DNA of 64,000 nucleotides from Spirochaetota bacterium (GTDB lineage: Bacteria > Spirochaetota > UBA4802 > UBA5550), in contig JAGNKX010000001.1 in NCBI GenBank assembly GCA_017999915.1, positions 691,440 through 755,439 of the forward strand, read 5' to 3'. The notes below the pieces were generated by a model. It was not told where the DNA came from, did no database searches, and saw only the letters and a program-made list of their open reading frames with translations. Positions 38,530 to 48,363 of this stretch are shown here, piece by piece; the stretch's first letter is position 1; each line of letters starts with the position of its first letter. The translations under genes were made by a program, and so were the position numbers.

Positions 38530-40188
38530 ATGAAAAAAACATTCGTAGTGGCATTGTCCGCTGTTCTGCTTCTGGGGATGGGCAAGTCCAGGGACCTGTC
38601 ATCGGGCAACGAAAAGACCCAGAAGCTCTATTATCCGGACAAGTCCCTCCAGGCCGAAGGGCCGATGAAGGACGGAAAGAAGAACGGCACCTGGGTGTTC
38701 TATTACCAGAAGAAGAAAGAGCAGAAGACCAGCCTGCGCGAGGCCCAGGGTCTTTTCAGGGACGGGAAAAAGGAAGGGGTGTGGACGCGCTATTTTGAAA
38801 GCGGCAAGCCCATGATGGAGGGTTCCTACGAGGCGGACAAGCAGACAGGCCCATGGAAATATTTCTATGAAAGCGGCCGGGTGAAGGCCGAGGGCCCCTT
38901 CCGGGAGGGGCAGCGCGACGGCGAATGGGTGCAGTACGACGAGGAAGGGAACCTCATGGGAAAGATGACCTACGTGATAAAGGAAAAGCTGGTGGCCAAC
39001 CAGAAGGTGATGGTGGGGGACGTGGACGGCGTGAAGACCATGTATTACAAGAACGGAAAGATAAGCTCCCAGGAGCGGTACAACCACGGCACCCTGGAGG
39101 GGGTGACGGAATGGTTCTATGATACGGGAAAGCTCAAAGAGACCTGCCAGTTCCGGAACAGCAAGCGAAGCGGCGCGGCCATTGAATACTGGCCCGAGGG
39201 GGCGAAAAAGGCCGAAGGCGCCTACCTTGACGGTTTCAAAAATGGCTCATGGCGGCATTATTATGCTTCCGGGAACATTTACAAGGCCGGCAATTACGTG
39301 AAGGTGCTGAAAGAAAGGATGGAAAAGGGCCTTGAGGGCCTGAAAAAGAAGAAACAAAAGGACGAGGGAGCCGGGGAAGAAGGAGCGGAAAAAGCGGATA
39401 CAAAAGTGAAAGAAGGAGATCAAAAGAAAGAGGATTACATGGAAATATCGTCCACTGACGGCCACTGGATGTTCTATTCGCCGGAGGGCCAGGTGATGAA
39501 AGAGGGGAACTATGTAAAGGGGGTCCAGACGGGGAAATGGATGTTCTACGCCTATCCGGGCGGAACGAAGGTGCTCCTGATGAAGCTCCCCCTCCGGTCG
39601 GACATGGTGTCCGTGCCGCAAAAGGAGATCCCCCTTACGGGAGAGGAGCTGCAGAAGGCGATGCAGGAGGAGAATGTCCGGGCGGAGCGCGAAAAGAAGA
39701 AGGGGGCGCCCTATAAGAAAAGGACGAAGTTCGTCCGGTACGAGCCTGACATGACCATGGTCTGCGAGATATTCAACGATAAGGCGCAGCTCATCGGCAA
39801 GGGAGTCATGAGCAACAGGCCCAAGGCGATCTTCGAAATAATAAAAAACGGGTCCAAAACAGGACAGGTTTCCTATCCGGAACCGCCCTTTGTCACGGAG
39901 AAGGAGGGCGCGTCGCTGCGCTGGACAGGGAACTGGGAGCCGCCCCAGAGGAACGGCGCCTGGACAGAATATTTTCCCGGAACGAACAGCGTCAGGATCC
40001 AGGCGTCATATATTGCCGATAAGCCCAGTGGGGCATATAAGGAATATTTTCAGAACGGCAAAGTGAAGGCCGAGGGATCCTACATGATAGGCAAAAAGAA
40101 CGGAGAATGGAAGGTCTACAATGCCGATGGGTCCCTCAATGAAAGTGAATCGGGAAAATTCATGAACGACAAAAAATTCGGCAAGTAG
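38530..40188 (+). CDS. MORN-repeat (YwqK-like variant) protein with a central Lys/Glu-rich linker.
   Basis: Repeated G(x)W(x)YYxNGxxxxEGxYxxGKKxGxW units across 552 aa. Signal peptide present. Confidence 0.8.
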   Translation: MKKTFVVALSAVLLLGMGKSRDLSSGNEKTQKLYYPDKSLQAEGPMKDGKKNGTWVFYYQKKKEQKTSLREAQGLFRDGKKEGVWTRYFESGKPMMEGSYEADKQTGPWKYFYESGRVKAEGPFREGQRDGEWVQYDEEGNLMGKMTYVIKEKLVANQKVMVGDVDGVKTMYYKNGKISSQERYNHGTLEGVTEWFYDTGKLKETCQFRNSKRSGAAIEYWPEGAKKAEGAYLDGFKNGSWRHYYASGNIYKAGNYVKVLKERMEKGLEGLKKKKQKDEGAGEEGAEKADTKVKEGDQKKEDYMEISSTDGHWMFYSPEGQVMKEGNYVKGVQTGKWMFYAYPGGTKVLLMKLPLRSDMVSVPQKEIPLTGEELQKAMQEENVRAEREKKKGAPYKKRTKFVRYEPDMTMVCEIFNDKAQLIGKGVMSNRPKAIFEIIKNGSKTGQVSYPEPPFVTEKEGASLRWTGNWEPPQRNGAWTEYFPGTNSVRIQASYIADKPSGAYKEYFQNGKVKAEGSYMIGKKNGEWKVYNADGSLNESESGKFMNDKKFGK

Positions 40189-40259
40189 AGGCAACGGTAG
40201 CCGGGGGCCCGGGGTCCGGGCCCGCCGGTGTCGAACCAATTACAAAGCCCTCCGGAACC

Positions 40260-40874
40260 TTATACATCAAGGCAGCGCTTTCCAGCCTTTATCTCGATCC
40301 AGCCGATGAGCTGCTGGAGCCATACCGGCGGCCTGATCCAGATGCCGAAAAGGCGGTGGCAGATGAACTCGAGGATGAGTCCGGCCTCTTTCTCGGTGTC
40401 CATGTATGCGAACTCGATGCGGAGGGGCCCCACGCCGAGCCTCCCCCTGACATAAATGGGGAATCCTGCGTCTGCCAGCTTTTTTGCCCAGGCATCCACG
40501 TCGTTCACAAAAAACCCCAGGTGCTGGATCACGGGCCTTCCGCTTCTTTCGACGCTCCGGCGGTAGAAGTCGGAGCCGCTCCCGGGCTCCAGGAGCTCGA
40601 TCTCTATGCCGTGGTGATATCCGAAGCCGAGCCTGCTCTTCATGGCCCCGTCGGCGCCCCGCTCTCTCCATGACCGGGCTGATCCGCCCATCAGCAGGAA
40701 CGGCTTGATGCCTTTTGCTTCAAGGTCCGCCGCGGCTGCGACGACATCAGGCACCACCACGCCGAGCTGGCTAACCGGGGCGTCAATGCCCAATTTTTTT
40801 CGCGATTCCAGCGCGATGGACTGGACCCGGCTGGTAAAATCAGCGTCGGCCATGACATCGGATAGAAGCATAGG
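40260..40874 (-). CDS. VOC-family (glyoxalase/bleomycin-resistance/dioxygenase fold) protein.
   Basis: Two beta-alpha-beta-beta-beta-like modules with conserved H/E positions. I place the start at MLLSDVMAD (40874). The ORF track extends to 40916. Confidence 0.55.
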   Translation of the reverse strand, partial: PMLLSDVMADADFTSRVQSIALESRKKLGIDAPVSQLGVVVPDVVAAAADLEAKGIKPFLLMGGSARSWRERGADGAMKSRLGFGYHHGIEIELLEPGSGSDFYRRSVERSGRPVIQHLGFFVNDVDAWAKKLADAGFPIYVRGRLGVGPLRIEFAYMDTEKEAGLILEFICHRLFGIWIRPPVWLQQLIGWIEIKAGKRCLDV

Positions 40875-40999
40875 GGAGCCTCCACGGAAATTGTAAATGA
40901 TGATAATTATTATCAATCACCGCAGGGGAAATATCAATTCTTTTCAGCCTGGGAAAAGAAAAAAAGAAACAAAAATGATTGAAACACCAAGGAGAAAAA

Positions 41000-41030
41000 A
41001 CAGGCGCGGCTTTCAATGCCGTGCCTGTTT
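41000..41030. terminator. Terminator-like hairpin (ACAGGCGCGG-ctttcaat-CCGTGCCTGT, one G·U) flanked by A6 and T3.
   Basis: Read directly from the sequence. Lies downstream of the minus-strand lipoprotein gene. Confidence 0.45.
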
Positions 41031-41147
41031 AATATGAGGCAATATTAATAGGGCCCCCTGGAGGCCGCCGTGATTCTTACTGCCGGATGATGCCGGCTGT
41101 GATGATAGGAAAAGGACCTGCCCCGCTCTTACATCAGCAGGGGTGCA

Positions 41148-41987
41148 TCAATTGGCAAAAACACCCCGGTATGCCTTGAAAAAGCTCCTGTTCTGGAACG
41201 TGATGTAGGAGCCCCGGTGGATCTTTATGAGCTTTTTCTTTTTGTTGCCGGTGGCCACGACCAGGTCCTTGAGAAACTCGATCCTGGTGACCAGGTAATA
41301 GGGGACCCCCTCACGGTCCGCCCTTGTTCTCACCACCCGGACAAGGTTCCTTCTGTCAATGCCTCTCATTGGAAGCGATATAAACATGCCGTAAATTCTC
41401 CCCGTGCCCGGCATTGAATTGTAAACATCCTTGTGCTCGCCGCAGTATATGACCAGCTGCTGTTCATAAACGTCTGAATAATAGGAATCGAATAATTCAA
41501 CGTAGTAGTGGCATGTCGCGGCCGAGTTCGTATAGAGAAGTGGAAAAAAGACCCGGGTGCTGGGCAGGCCCGTCGCCCCGCCGGCATGGCCCGAGAGAAT
41601 GTAACGGGACGCGCCGGAGTAGGTCGCCACATGCTTCTGCCTGAGATAGTAATCCTCCCAGACTATGCGCCCGCCGGTCGGGGCCAGGCTCAGGACTTTA
41701 TAACTGTTAAAGTATTCCAGGGCGTGCTTTTTCCCCATGTTATTGGCAAAAGCGGTAAAATTGAAGGGCTTCAGTTTTGTGGAGCCCCGGTAAACGGAAT
41801 TCACCGAATTGACCGTCCTTCCGACGCAGCCGGCGCAGAGGGCGGCCGCAAGCAATAGGGCGGCGAAGGCGGACATTTTGTTTCCGGGCCGTGGCGCGGG
41901 ATTCGGGGAACCCGTGGAGGGAATGTTTTGTTCGCGGGTTGCTGTTCCCCTGTTTATAAGTTTTGCCTTTGCAGTGGGATTCTTCAT
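41148..41987 (-). CDS. Hypothetical lipoprotein.
   Basis: Lipobox AALCAGC. The start could alternatively be at the internal Met MSAFAALLLAA (around 41876). Confidence 0.55.
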   Translation of the reverse strand: MKNPTAKAKLINRGTATREQNIPSTGSPNPAPRPGNKMSAFAALLLAAALCAGCVGRTVNSVNSVYRGSTKLKPFNFTAFANNMGKKHALEYFNSYKVLSLAPTGGRIVWEDYYLRQKHVATYSGASRYILSGHAGGATGLPSTRVFFPLLYTNSAATCHYYVELFDSYYSDVYEQQLVIYCGEHKDVYNSMPGTGRIYGMFISLPMRGIDRRNLVRVVRTRADREGVPYYLVTRIEFLKDLVVATGNKKKKLIKIHRGSYITFQNRSFFKAYRGVFAN

Positions 41988-42143
41988 CGTAGCCTCTTTA
42001 TGGTCGAGTTTTTTGAAAAATTGTAAGATCTCAGTTGGTCGCTTTTATTTTCCCAATAAATGTGCTACAGTCACGGCGGCCCGTACCCTGCCGCCTTGAA
42101 GAGCGGCAGGGATTGAACGCTCCTGACTGGTTGGCCGGACACA

Positions 42144-44012
42144 TCACCGGATGATGCCGGTTGTGATGACTGAATCAGGACCATCTCCCGCAGTTACAGC
42201 AGTGCCGGCTGTGAGGGCACCGGTAGACTGATTTATTGTAAAAACTGAAATGCTATCACTGCCTTTATTAGCCGCATAGACAAACCGGCCAGAGGGGTCC
42301 ACTGTGACAGAATATGGGGTAACTCCAGCAGCCACGTCAGTGCCTGCGGTCAAAGCCCCGGTGGACTGGTTAATTCTATAGACTGAGATATTGCCAGTGC
42401 CGATATTTGCCGCATAGGCAAATCGACCCGAGGGGTCCACTGTGACAGAATATGGCATATCTCCAGCAGCTATGGGAGAACCAACTGCGGTCAAAGCCCC
42501 GTCGGACTGGTTAATTCTATACACTGAGATATTGTCAGTGCCGTAGTTTGCCGCATAGGCAAATCGACCCGAGGGGTCCACTGTGACAGAATATGGCATA
42601 TCTCCAGTAGCTATGGGAGAACCAACTGCGGTCAAAGCCCCGGTGGACTGGTTAATGGTATAGACTGAGATTGTGAAAGAGGCCATACTTGTCGCATAGG
42701 CAAATCGACCCGAGGGGTCCACAGTGACAGAATATGGGCCCGGTCCAGCAGCCATGGCAGTGCCTGCGGTCAAAGCCCCGGTGGACTGGTTAATGGTATA
42801 GACTGAGATATTGTCATTATTGCCATTTGCCGCATAGGCGAACATCGGAATGTATTCCACGGCGCTGGTCCCTCCCACGATGGCCATGCCTGTCGGGTCC
42901 TTCTGTGTAGACACGGTAGCGGTAAGGGTAAGTGTGCCGTCACCATTTCGTGTGTAGGTGGAGATGGTGTACGATATGTTGTTCACCGTGAAGACGAATT
43001 TCTGCGATGGGTCGGCCTGAACGACACTCGGCCCGTCTCCCGCCGCGGGCTGGGTCTCTATCGACAGCTGGCCCGTGGATCTGTCAATCGCGAGCACCGC
43101 CGTCATGTCGGTACCTTTGTTGGCCACGTAGGCGTAATCTCCCGAGGGGGATACCTGGATCGACATGGGGGTGCTGCCGCTGCCCAGGTCCAGGGGCGAT
43201 CCGGCCAGGGGGGTGAGCTCACCGGTGGTCTTGTTTATCTGGTACATGGAAATGCTATCCGAGCCGGTATTTGCAGCGTACAGGTACATCCCGGAGGGAT
43301 GGATCGCGATATAGCGCACATTTGTTCCTGCAGTCACTGGAGATCCCACGGCGGTGAGGTTCCCCGTCGTGGCATCGATGCTGTAGACCGTGATGTTGTT
43401 CGAGGTGAAATTCGTTGCGTAGGCAAATTTTCCATTGGGCTCGACGACAATGTGCGTTGTCTGGGTGCCGGGGCTGGTGATGCTGTTAACGTAGGTGAGG
43501 CCGCCCGTGGTCACGTCGACACGGTAGTTCCAGATCGTGTGGGGCATCGAGTTGGTCACGTATAGGAACATGCCCGAGGGATGCAACGTCACCATCATGG
43601 GCCCAGTTCCCGTGGCCACGGGGGACCCCACGGCCGTGAGCCTACCGTCACTACCGATGGAATAGACCGATATGGTGCTGTCGGAGTAATTGGGGACGTA
43701 GGCGTAAGTCCCGGCTGGGTTTACTGTGATCGAATAGGGATTAGCCCCAGTAAGCACGTATCCGTTATGTCGCAACTGACCAGTGGTTGCGTTCACCGTG
43801 TACATTGACACGGTGTTGTTGTTCAAGTTGGTCACATAGGCGAAGCGCGGCTTGATGGAGCTGCCGCCGCCAAAGAGCGCCAGAACGGCAAGAAGCGTGC
43901 TGTCATCGCTGCTGGATTTGGAACAGCCGGTACATCCGATCCCCAGGAATGGGCAAAGAATGATGAGGAAGCCGATGAGAATACGATTGAAGAGATTAAG
44001 TGGATGCATCAT
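42144..44012 (-). CDS. Lipoprotein with a lactonase-type 7-bladed beta-propeller (6-phosphogluconolactonase-like repeats), carrying recently expanded tandem repeats.
   Basis: Lipobox LGIGC. Repeated blades of the form YAYVANxGSDxISVYxIxxxTGxLTxVGSP. Confidence 0.8.
   Translation of the reverse strand: MMHPLNLFNRILIGFLIILCPFLGIGCTGCSKSSSDDSTLLAVLALFGGGSSIKPRFAYVTNLNNNTVSMYTVNATTGQLRHNGYVLTGANPYSITVNPAGTYAYVPNYSDSTISVYSIGSDGRLTAVGSPVATGTGPMMVTLHPSGMFLYVTNSMPHTIWNYRVDVTTGGLTYVNSITSPGTQTTHIVVEPNGKFAYATNFTSNNITVYSIDATTGNLTAVGSPVTAGTNVRYIAIHPSGMYLYAANTGSDSISMYQINKTTGELTPLAGSPLDLGSGSTPMSIQVSPSGDYAYVANKGTDMTAVLAIDRSTGQLSIETQPAAGDGPSVVQADPSQKFVFTVNNISYTISTYTRNGDGTLTLTATVSTQKDPTGMAIVGGTSAVEYIPMFAYAANGNNDNISVYTINQSTGALTAGTAMAAGPGPYSVTVDPSGRFAYATSMASFTISVYTINQSTGALTAVGSPIATGDMPYSVTVDPSGRFAYAANYGTDNISVYRINQSDGALTAVGSPIAAGDMPYSVTVDPSGRFAYAANIGTGNISVYRINQSTGALTAGTDVAAGVTPYSVTVDPSGRFVYAANKGSDSISVFTINQSTGALTAGTAVTAGDGPDSVITTGIIR
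42190..42850. repeat. About five tandem copies of a roughly 126-nt (42-codon) unit, inside the 3' portion of the propeller gene.
   Basis: The unit ...GCAAATCGACCCGAGGGGTCCACTGTGACAGAATATGG...GCGGTCAAAGCCCCGGTGGACTGGTTAAT... recurs with about 85-95% identity. The protein repeat is PYSVTVDPSGRFAYAANxGxDNISVYRINQSxGALTAVGSPIAAGD. Confidence 0.75.
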
Positions 44013-44505
44013 GAACCCCTGTTATTGAGGAATTACAAATTTTTTTGTTTATACAGCCATGATAATGAAATAAGGGTATATTTTCAACGATTAATATTAA
44101 TTAACTACAAACCGGGCCGGGGCGCCATCGTGGGAATTACGTAGATGGGCACATTTTATTATTGACTCTTAAATTTTTTTGAATTTTATTGATGCCGACA
44201 GTGAAGTGATGATGCAAGATGAATGAGGTAATCCTCATCATGAGCGGTGCTTTCGCCAGCGGGCTTACGGCCGTGGTGGCCGGTATCTGCTCCGCCTCCT
44301 ATTTTTTATTTCTGAATATATATTGCGTTCACGGCCCGGAAAGACGGGCGTTTCCGGTCCATGGCACAGTCGTTTTTATTTTCGGCTGCCTGATCCTTCA
44401 GTTACATAAAGGAGCACTGTCTTGTAGAACATTAGTTCTGGCGATATGGAGAAATATCAGGTCCAACCGGGTTAATCTGGAATATATAAACGAGGGGGTA
44501 TTCAC

Positions 44506-45042
44506 ATGAAAAAATTTTTGCTGATTTTTATCTGTTGTGCCGTTTTGGGCTGCTACTCTGTGGACGTAAAGAAGGAGAACCCGAAAAAGCTTAATCTGGC
44601 CAAGTATAAAACGATACAGCTGGGATGGATAGATTTTCCCGCCGGCCTGTGGAAGCAGTTTCGGTTCAACAATCAAGGGGAATGGCAGAAGGCGATATAT
44701 CAGCTCAACGCGGGCGATCTTAAAAAATATTTCACAAGGGCCCTTCCGGGAAGCAAAAAAATCCTGGGGCCGACGCGGGGCAATCCTATGCGCGGCGATC
44801 TGCTCATCAAATTCGATTATTTGAGCTATGAGGCTAACTTCGTCACAGGACAAACGGCCCCTGACCGGCTCAATCTCAGGGTGGAGATGTACGATGTTAA
44901 AAGGGGCAGGAAGATCTACAGCGCCCTCCTGGGCCTTGACTCCTACCGGCCGGGGCCCGGCGACTGGAGCGTATACCGCCTTGAGGGCCGGATCGCCATG
45001 GAGATACGGAACCTTGCCGATTTCATCGGCGACAAGTTTTGA
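44506..45042 (+). CDS. Hypothetical lipoprotein.
   Basis: Lipobox AVLGC. 178 aa. Confidence 0.6.
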   Translation: MKKFLLIFICCAVLGCYSVDVKKENPKKLNLAKYKTIQLGWIDFPAGLWKQFRFNNQGEWQKAIYQLNAGDLKKYFTRALPGSKKILGPTRGNPMRGDLLIKFDYLSYEANFVTGQTAPDRLNLRVEMYDVKRGRKIYSALLGLDSYRPGPGDWSVYRLEGRIAMEIRNLADFIGDKF

Positions 45043-45066
45043 TTGAAGTGTAGGAAAACAGCATGC

Positions 45067-45100
45067 AAAAATACCCCGCAGCTCAATGCGGGGTATTTTG
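45067..45100. terminator. Bidirectional rho-independent terminator (AAAAATACCCCGCAG-ctcaat-GCGGGGTATTTTG), abutting the leuB-like stop.
   Basis: 7-bp GC-rich stem with flanking A- and T-tracts. Confidence 0.7.
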
Positions 45101-46183
45101 TCAGGATACGTATTTCGACACCCGGTCGCCGACCTCGGTCGTCGAAATTCCCATCTTGCCCGCTTCCATGGACTTCATGTCCTTTTCGATGACCTGCATC
45201 ACGCCCTTTTCGATGCGGGACGCGGCGCTCCTTTCACCCAGGGTCTCCAGCATCATGGCCCCTGCCAGGATGGCCGCCAGGGGATTGATGGCGTTCTTGC
45301 CCGTCCACATCGGGGCCGTGCCGCCGATAGGCTCGAACATGCTCACGCCCTCCGGGTTGATGTTGCCGCCGGCGGCGACCCCCAGGCCGCCCTGGGTGAT
45401 GGCCCCCAGGTCCGTGATGATGTCGCCGAACATGTTTTCCGTGACGATGACGTCGAACATCTCGGGGCTGCCGATCATGTAGAGGCAGGTGGCGTCAACG
45501 TGGTAGTACTCGCGCTTCACGTCCGGGTACTCGGCGCCGATCTCCGCGAAGACCCGGTTCCACAGCTCGTACATGTAAGTGAGGACGTTGGACTTTCCCA
45601 CCAGGGCGAGCGTGTTCTCGGGGCCGACGCCCCGGGCCTTCTTGCCGTGGGTGCGGGCGTAGTCAAAGGCGTAGCGGAGGCACCGGGCCACCTGCTCGTA
45701 GGTGTAGACCATGTTCTGGATCGCCACTTCGTCCGCCGTGCCGGGACGGGAGAGGCCCCCCATGCCGGTGTACATGCCGCCGCTGTTTTCGCGGATGCAG
45801 CAGTAATCTATCTCCTTCGGGCCCTTCCCCTTGATGGGGCATTCGACGCCGGGATAGAGGCGCACGGGGCGGAGGTTTATGTACTGGTCCAGGGCAAAGC
45901 GGATCTTCAATAAAATGCCCTTTTCGAGGATGCCCGGCTTGACATCCGGATGGCCTATGGCCCCCAGGTAGATGGCGTCGAATTTTTTCAATTCCTCTAT
46001 GGCGCCTTCCGGCAGCACCTCGCCGGTTTTCATGAAGCGTTCCCCGCCGAAATCGAAGGTCGTAAAATCGAGGGATATCTTTTCGACAGACGCCGCCGCC
46101 CTGGCCACCTTGAGGCCCTCGGCTATGACCTCGGGACCGGTGCCGTCGCCGGGAATGACCGCGATGTTGTATGACTGTGCCAT
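45101..46183 (-). CDS. Isocitrate/isopropylmalate dehydrogenase family enzyme (3-isopropylmalate dehydrogenase or tartrate/D-malate dehydrogenase-like).
   Basis: N-terminus IAVIPGDGTGPEV, 360 aa, and family-typical motifs. No leuA, leuC or leuD adjacent. Confidence 0.8.
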   Translation of the reverse strand: MAQSYNIAVIPGDGTGPEVIAEGLKVARAAASVEKISLDFTTFDFGGERFMKTGEVLPEGAIEELKKFDAIYLGAIGHPDVKPGILEKGILLKIRFALDQYINLRPVRLYPGVECPIKGKGPKEIDYCCIRENSGGMYTGMGGLSRPGTADEVAIQNMVYTYEQVARCLRYAFDYARTHGKKARGVGPENTLALVGKSNVLTYMYELWNRVFAEIGAEYPDVKREYYHVDATCLYMIGSPEMFDVIVTENMFGDIITDLGAITQGGLGVAAGGNINPEGVSMFEPIGGTAPMWTGKNAINPLAAILAGAMMLETLGERSAASRIEKGVMQVIEKDMKSMEAGKMGISTTEVGDRVSKYVS

Positions 46184-46493
46184 GGGTGGACCCTCCGGAT
46201 TTTTTCGGTATGGTGCTGTCGTTTAAACCATGAGGTTAAATTGTCAAGAGAAATCGCTGAAAATCAGGATGCATGGAATAGGCAGCGGTCGTAAATTAGG
46301 GGGGGGCATGGAGCCATGCCCGGCGAGCAGGCGACATGGATGTCGCCGATTCCGCCGAGTCAACATGGTGCGCTGGCCAGGAGGGCCGAGTGCAGAGCCG
46401 CGACAGGATGTCGCATTTGGCTCTGCTTATACGAGGCGGACGAGCGGGATGGCCCATGCCCCCCTAAAAATATACTGATGGAATATTTATATG

Positions 46494-47936
46494 TCAGAAG
46501 AATATTTTTTTCACCAGGAAGACGCCGAGAAGGAGAAGCACCAGCAGCGCCAGAAGCCGGATCGTGGCGGTATCATCCATGTCGCTCCCCTTCTCCATCA
46601 TGAGAAAGATACGCGTTGAAAGGGTCGCCGTTATTGATATGAAAGCGGAAAAAAGGAGAATTGATATCGAAGTAAAAAGGACGCCTATGATGATGCCGCC
46701 CACGGCATGGGTCATGAGGAGGTTATCCAGCAGGGATTTATACAGGCCGGAATCGGAACCGATGATGGTCAGGTCCGATAACTGGAGCAGGGTTGACGGA
46801 ATGGATGAAAATGTCTTCAGGCCCTCGTCCCCGAGAACCGTTTTTGACAGAAATATCGAGAGGGCAAAGGAACCGTAATGAAGCAGGTAGATCGCCCCGA
46901 AGGTCACCGCCGTGATTATGGTCATGAGCGGTATAATATAGACGAGGCTGAAGTTGCGCCTGCGGATAAAGCCCATAAGAGCAGTGATGGGCGATTCTCC
47001 CCGCGGGATGGAAACAGCAATGATGGGCGGATAAAACCAGAACCCGATGGCCAACAGGATGACGGCGCAGAGAGAGGTGAAATATATGGGGAAAAAAAGC
47101 AAGGCAAAAATGACCGGGCCTATGACCGGTATCTTACCGAAAAGTATGAAAACAAGATCAATGACGAGAAAAATAATGATGTTGGCCAGGAAAACAGGGA
47201 CCAGCGACTCTGCCAGAAATCGGGAAATACGCGGCGGCGATGCCCCGGTTGCGATATGCATTGTATCCAGGGTCATGCGGGAAATGATGGACGCCCCCAT
47301 GAGGTATAAGAATAAAAGGATGGCAAAGGGAATTATGGTGAGCAGGGATTTGACATATTCGTTGGCGCCAAGGTCCACAGCTCCAAGGGCCACGCCCACA
47401 AGCCAGTTCCCGATCAGCAGAAAGATGAAACCAATTACTATAACAATGGAAGCGGTGGCGAGCTTCGGCGCGGTAAAGGCGGTTCCGCAGATCGACAGAA
47501 GCCCTTCCAGTGTGAAATTCGAGGAGCGATTTTCCCCCGGAACAGGCCTGTCCCACGAAGGGGCGCGATCTTCCTTTTGGGAAAGCGCCGGCTCACCGGA
47601 ATCATTCTTTTTGGAAGAGGATAAAAGCTTTTTGAAAAAGGATGGCTCCGGGGGCTTTTTCTTTTCCCGCTTCGGGGTGTCATCGGCTATGACGCCTTCC
47701 TTGATTACGGGAAATTCTATTTCAAATTCCCTGGAACAACGCTCGCAGGAAAGACGGTATTTCGTCTGCTGTGACGATGAAAATGTTATTGAATAATAGG
47801 ATTTGCAGTGCGGACACGTGGTGATCTTGATATATTTATTACAGGCATTGCAGGGCAGTATGGAACTTGAAAGACCCAGTATCTGGTCCATGGTCAGGTT
47901 GTAGGATGTTTTGCAGCTGGCGCAGGTAATTTGCAT
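46494..47936 (-). CDS. Polytopic membrane protein with an N-terminal MJ0042-type zinc-ribbon domain.
   Basis: Two CxxC pairs repeated twice (CASC...CNAC, CPHC...CERC), followed by more than 8 TM helices. Confidence 0.65.
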   Translation of the reverse strand: MQITCASCKTSYNLTMDQILGLSSSILPCNACNKYIKITTCPHCKSYYSITFSSSQQTKYRLSCERCSREFEIEFPVIKEGVIADDTPKREKKKPPEPSFFKKLLSSSKKNDSGEPALSQKEDRAPSWDRPVPGENRSSNFTLEGLLSICGTAFTAPKLATASIVIVIGFIFLLIGNWLVGVALGAVDLGANEYVKSLLTIIPFAILLFLYLMGASIISRMTLDTMHIATGASPPRISRFLAESLVPVFLANIIIFLVIDLVFILFGKIPVIGPVIFALLFFPIYFTSLCAVILLAIGFWFYPPIIAVSIPRGESPITALMGFIRRRNFSLVYIIPLMTIITAVTFGAIYLLHYGSFALSIFLSKTVLGDEGLKTFSSIPSTLLQLSDLTIIGSDSGLYKSLLDNLLMTHAVGGIIIGVLFTSISILLFSAFISITATLSTRIFLMMEKGSDMDDTATIRLLALLVLLLLGVFLVKKIFF

Positions 47937-48363
47937 TGTAATCCCGGTCGCTTAAATTAGTCGCAGTTCATTGTAATAATTATCATGGAATTAGAATATT
48001 CGATATATCAACATTGAAAAATTCTGTTTTTATACATTGAAAGTGCCCCCAAGGGAACATTCAAATTTGATTTTCAGGATCCATTATAGTATATATAGTT
48101 TATCGGAATAATATTCCATGAGTAAAAGAATTATCATTCATATTATATTTTATGGCAAATGCACCAAATCAGCATTGATTGTGTATTGAGATGAGGTTTA
48201 TTATATTTTTGTGAAAATAATTATTCAATAGTAAAAACACTTGAAAAAATTGACATATTTATATTAATTGTAATAAATACACAAATGTTTACTTTATAAA
48301 TTAAACTGTCATAGATGAAAAGGCATACATCATGGACGGTTCAATAATTCTCGGGGGGGAATT

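Noticed and set aside
44219-44509. 96-aa ORF with two hydrophobic helices in the 490-bp gap upstream of the lipoprotein gene.
   Set aside because: No RBS, it overlaps the downstream gene start, and composition is marginal. It could be a small membrane protein, but the evidence is insufficient to list it as a feature.
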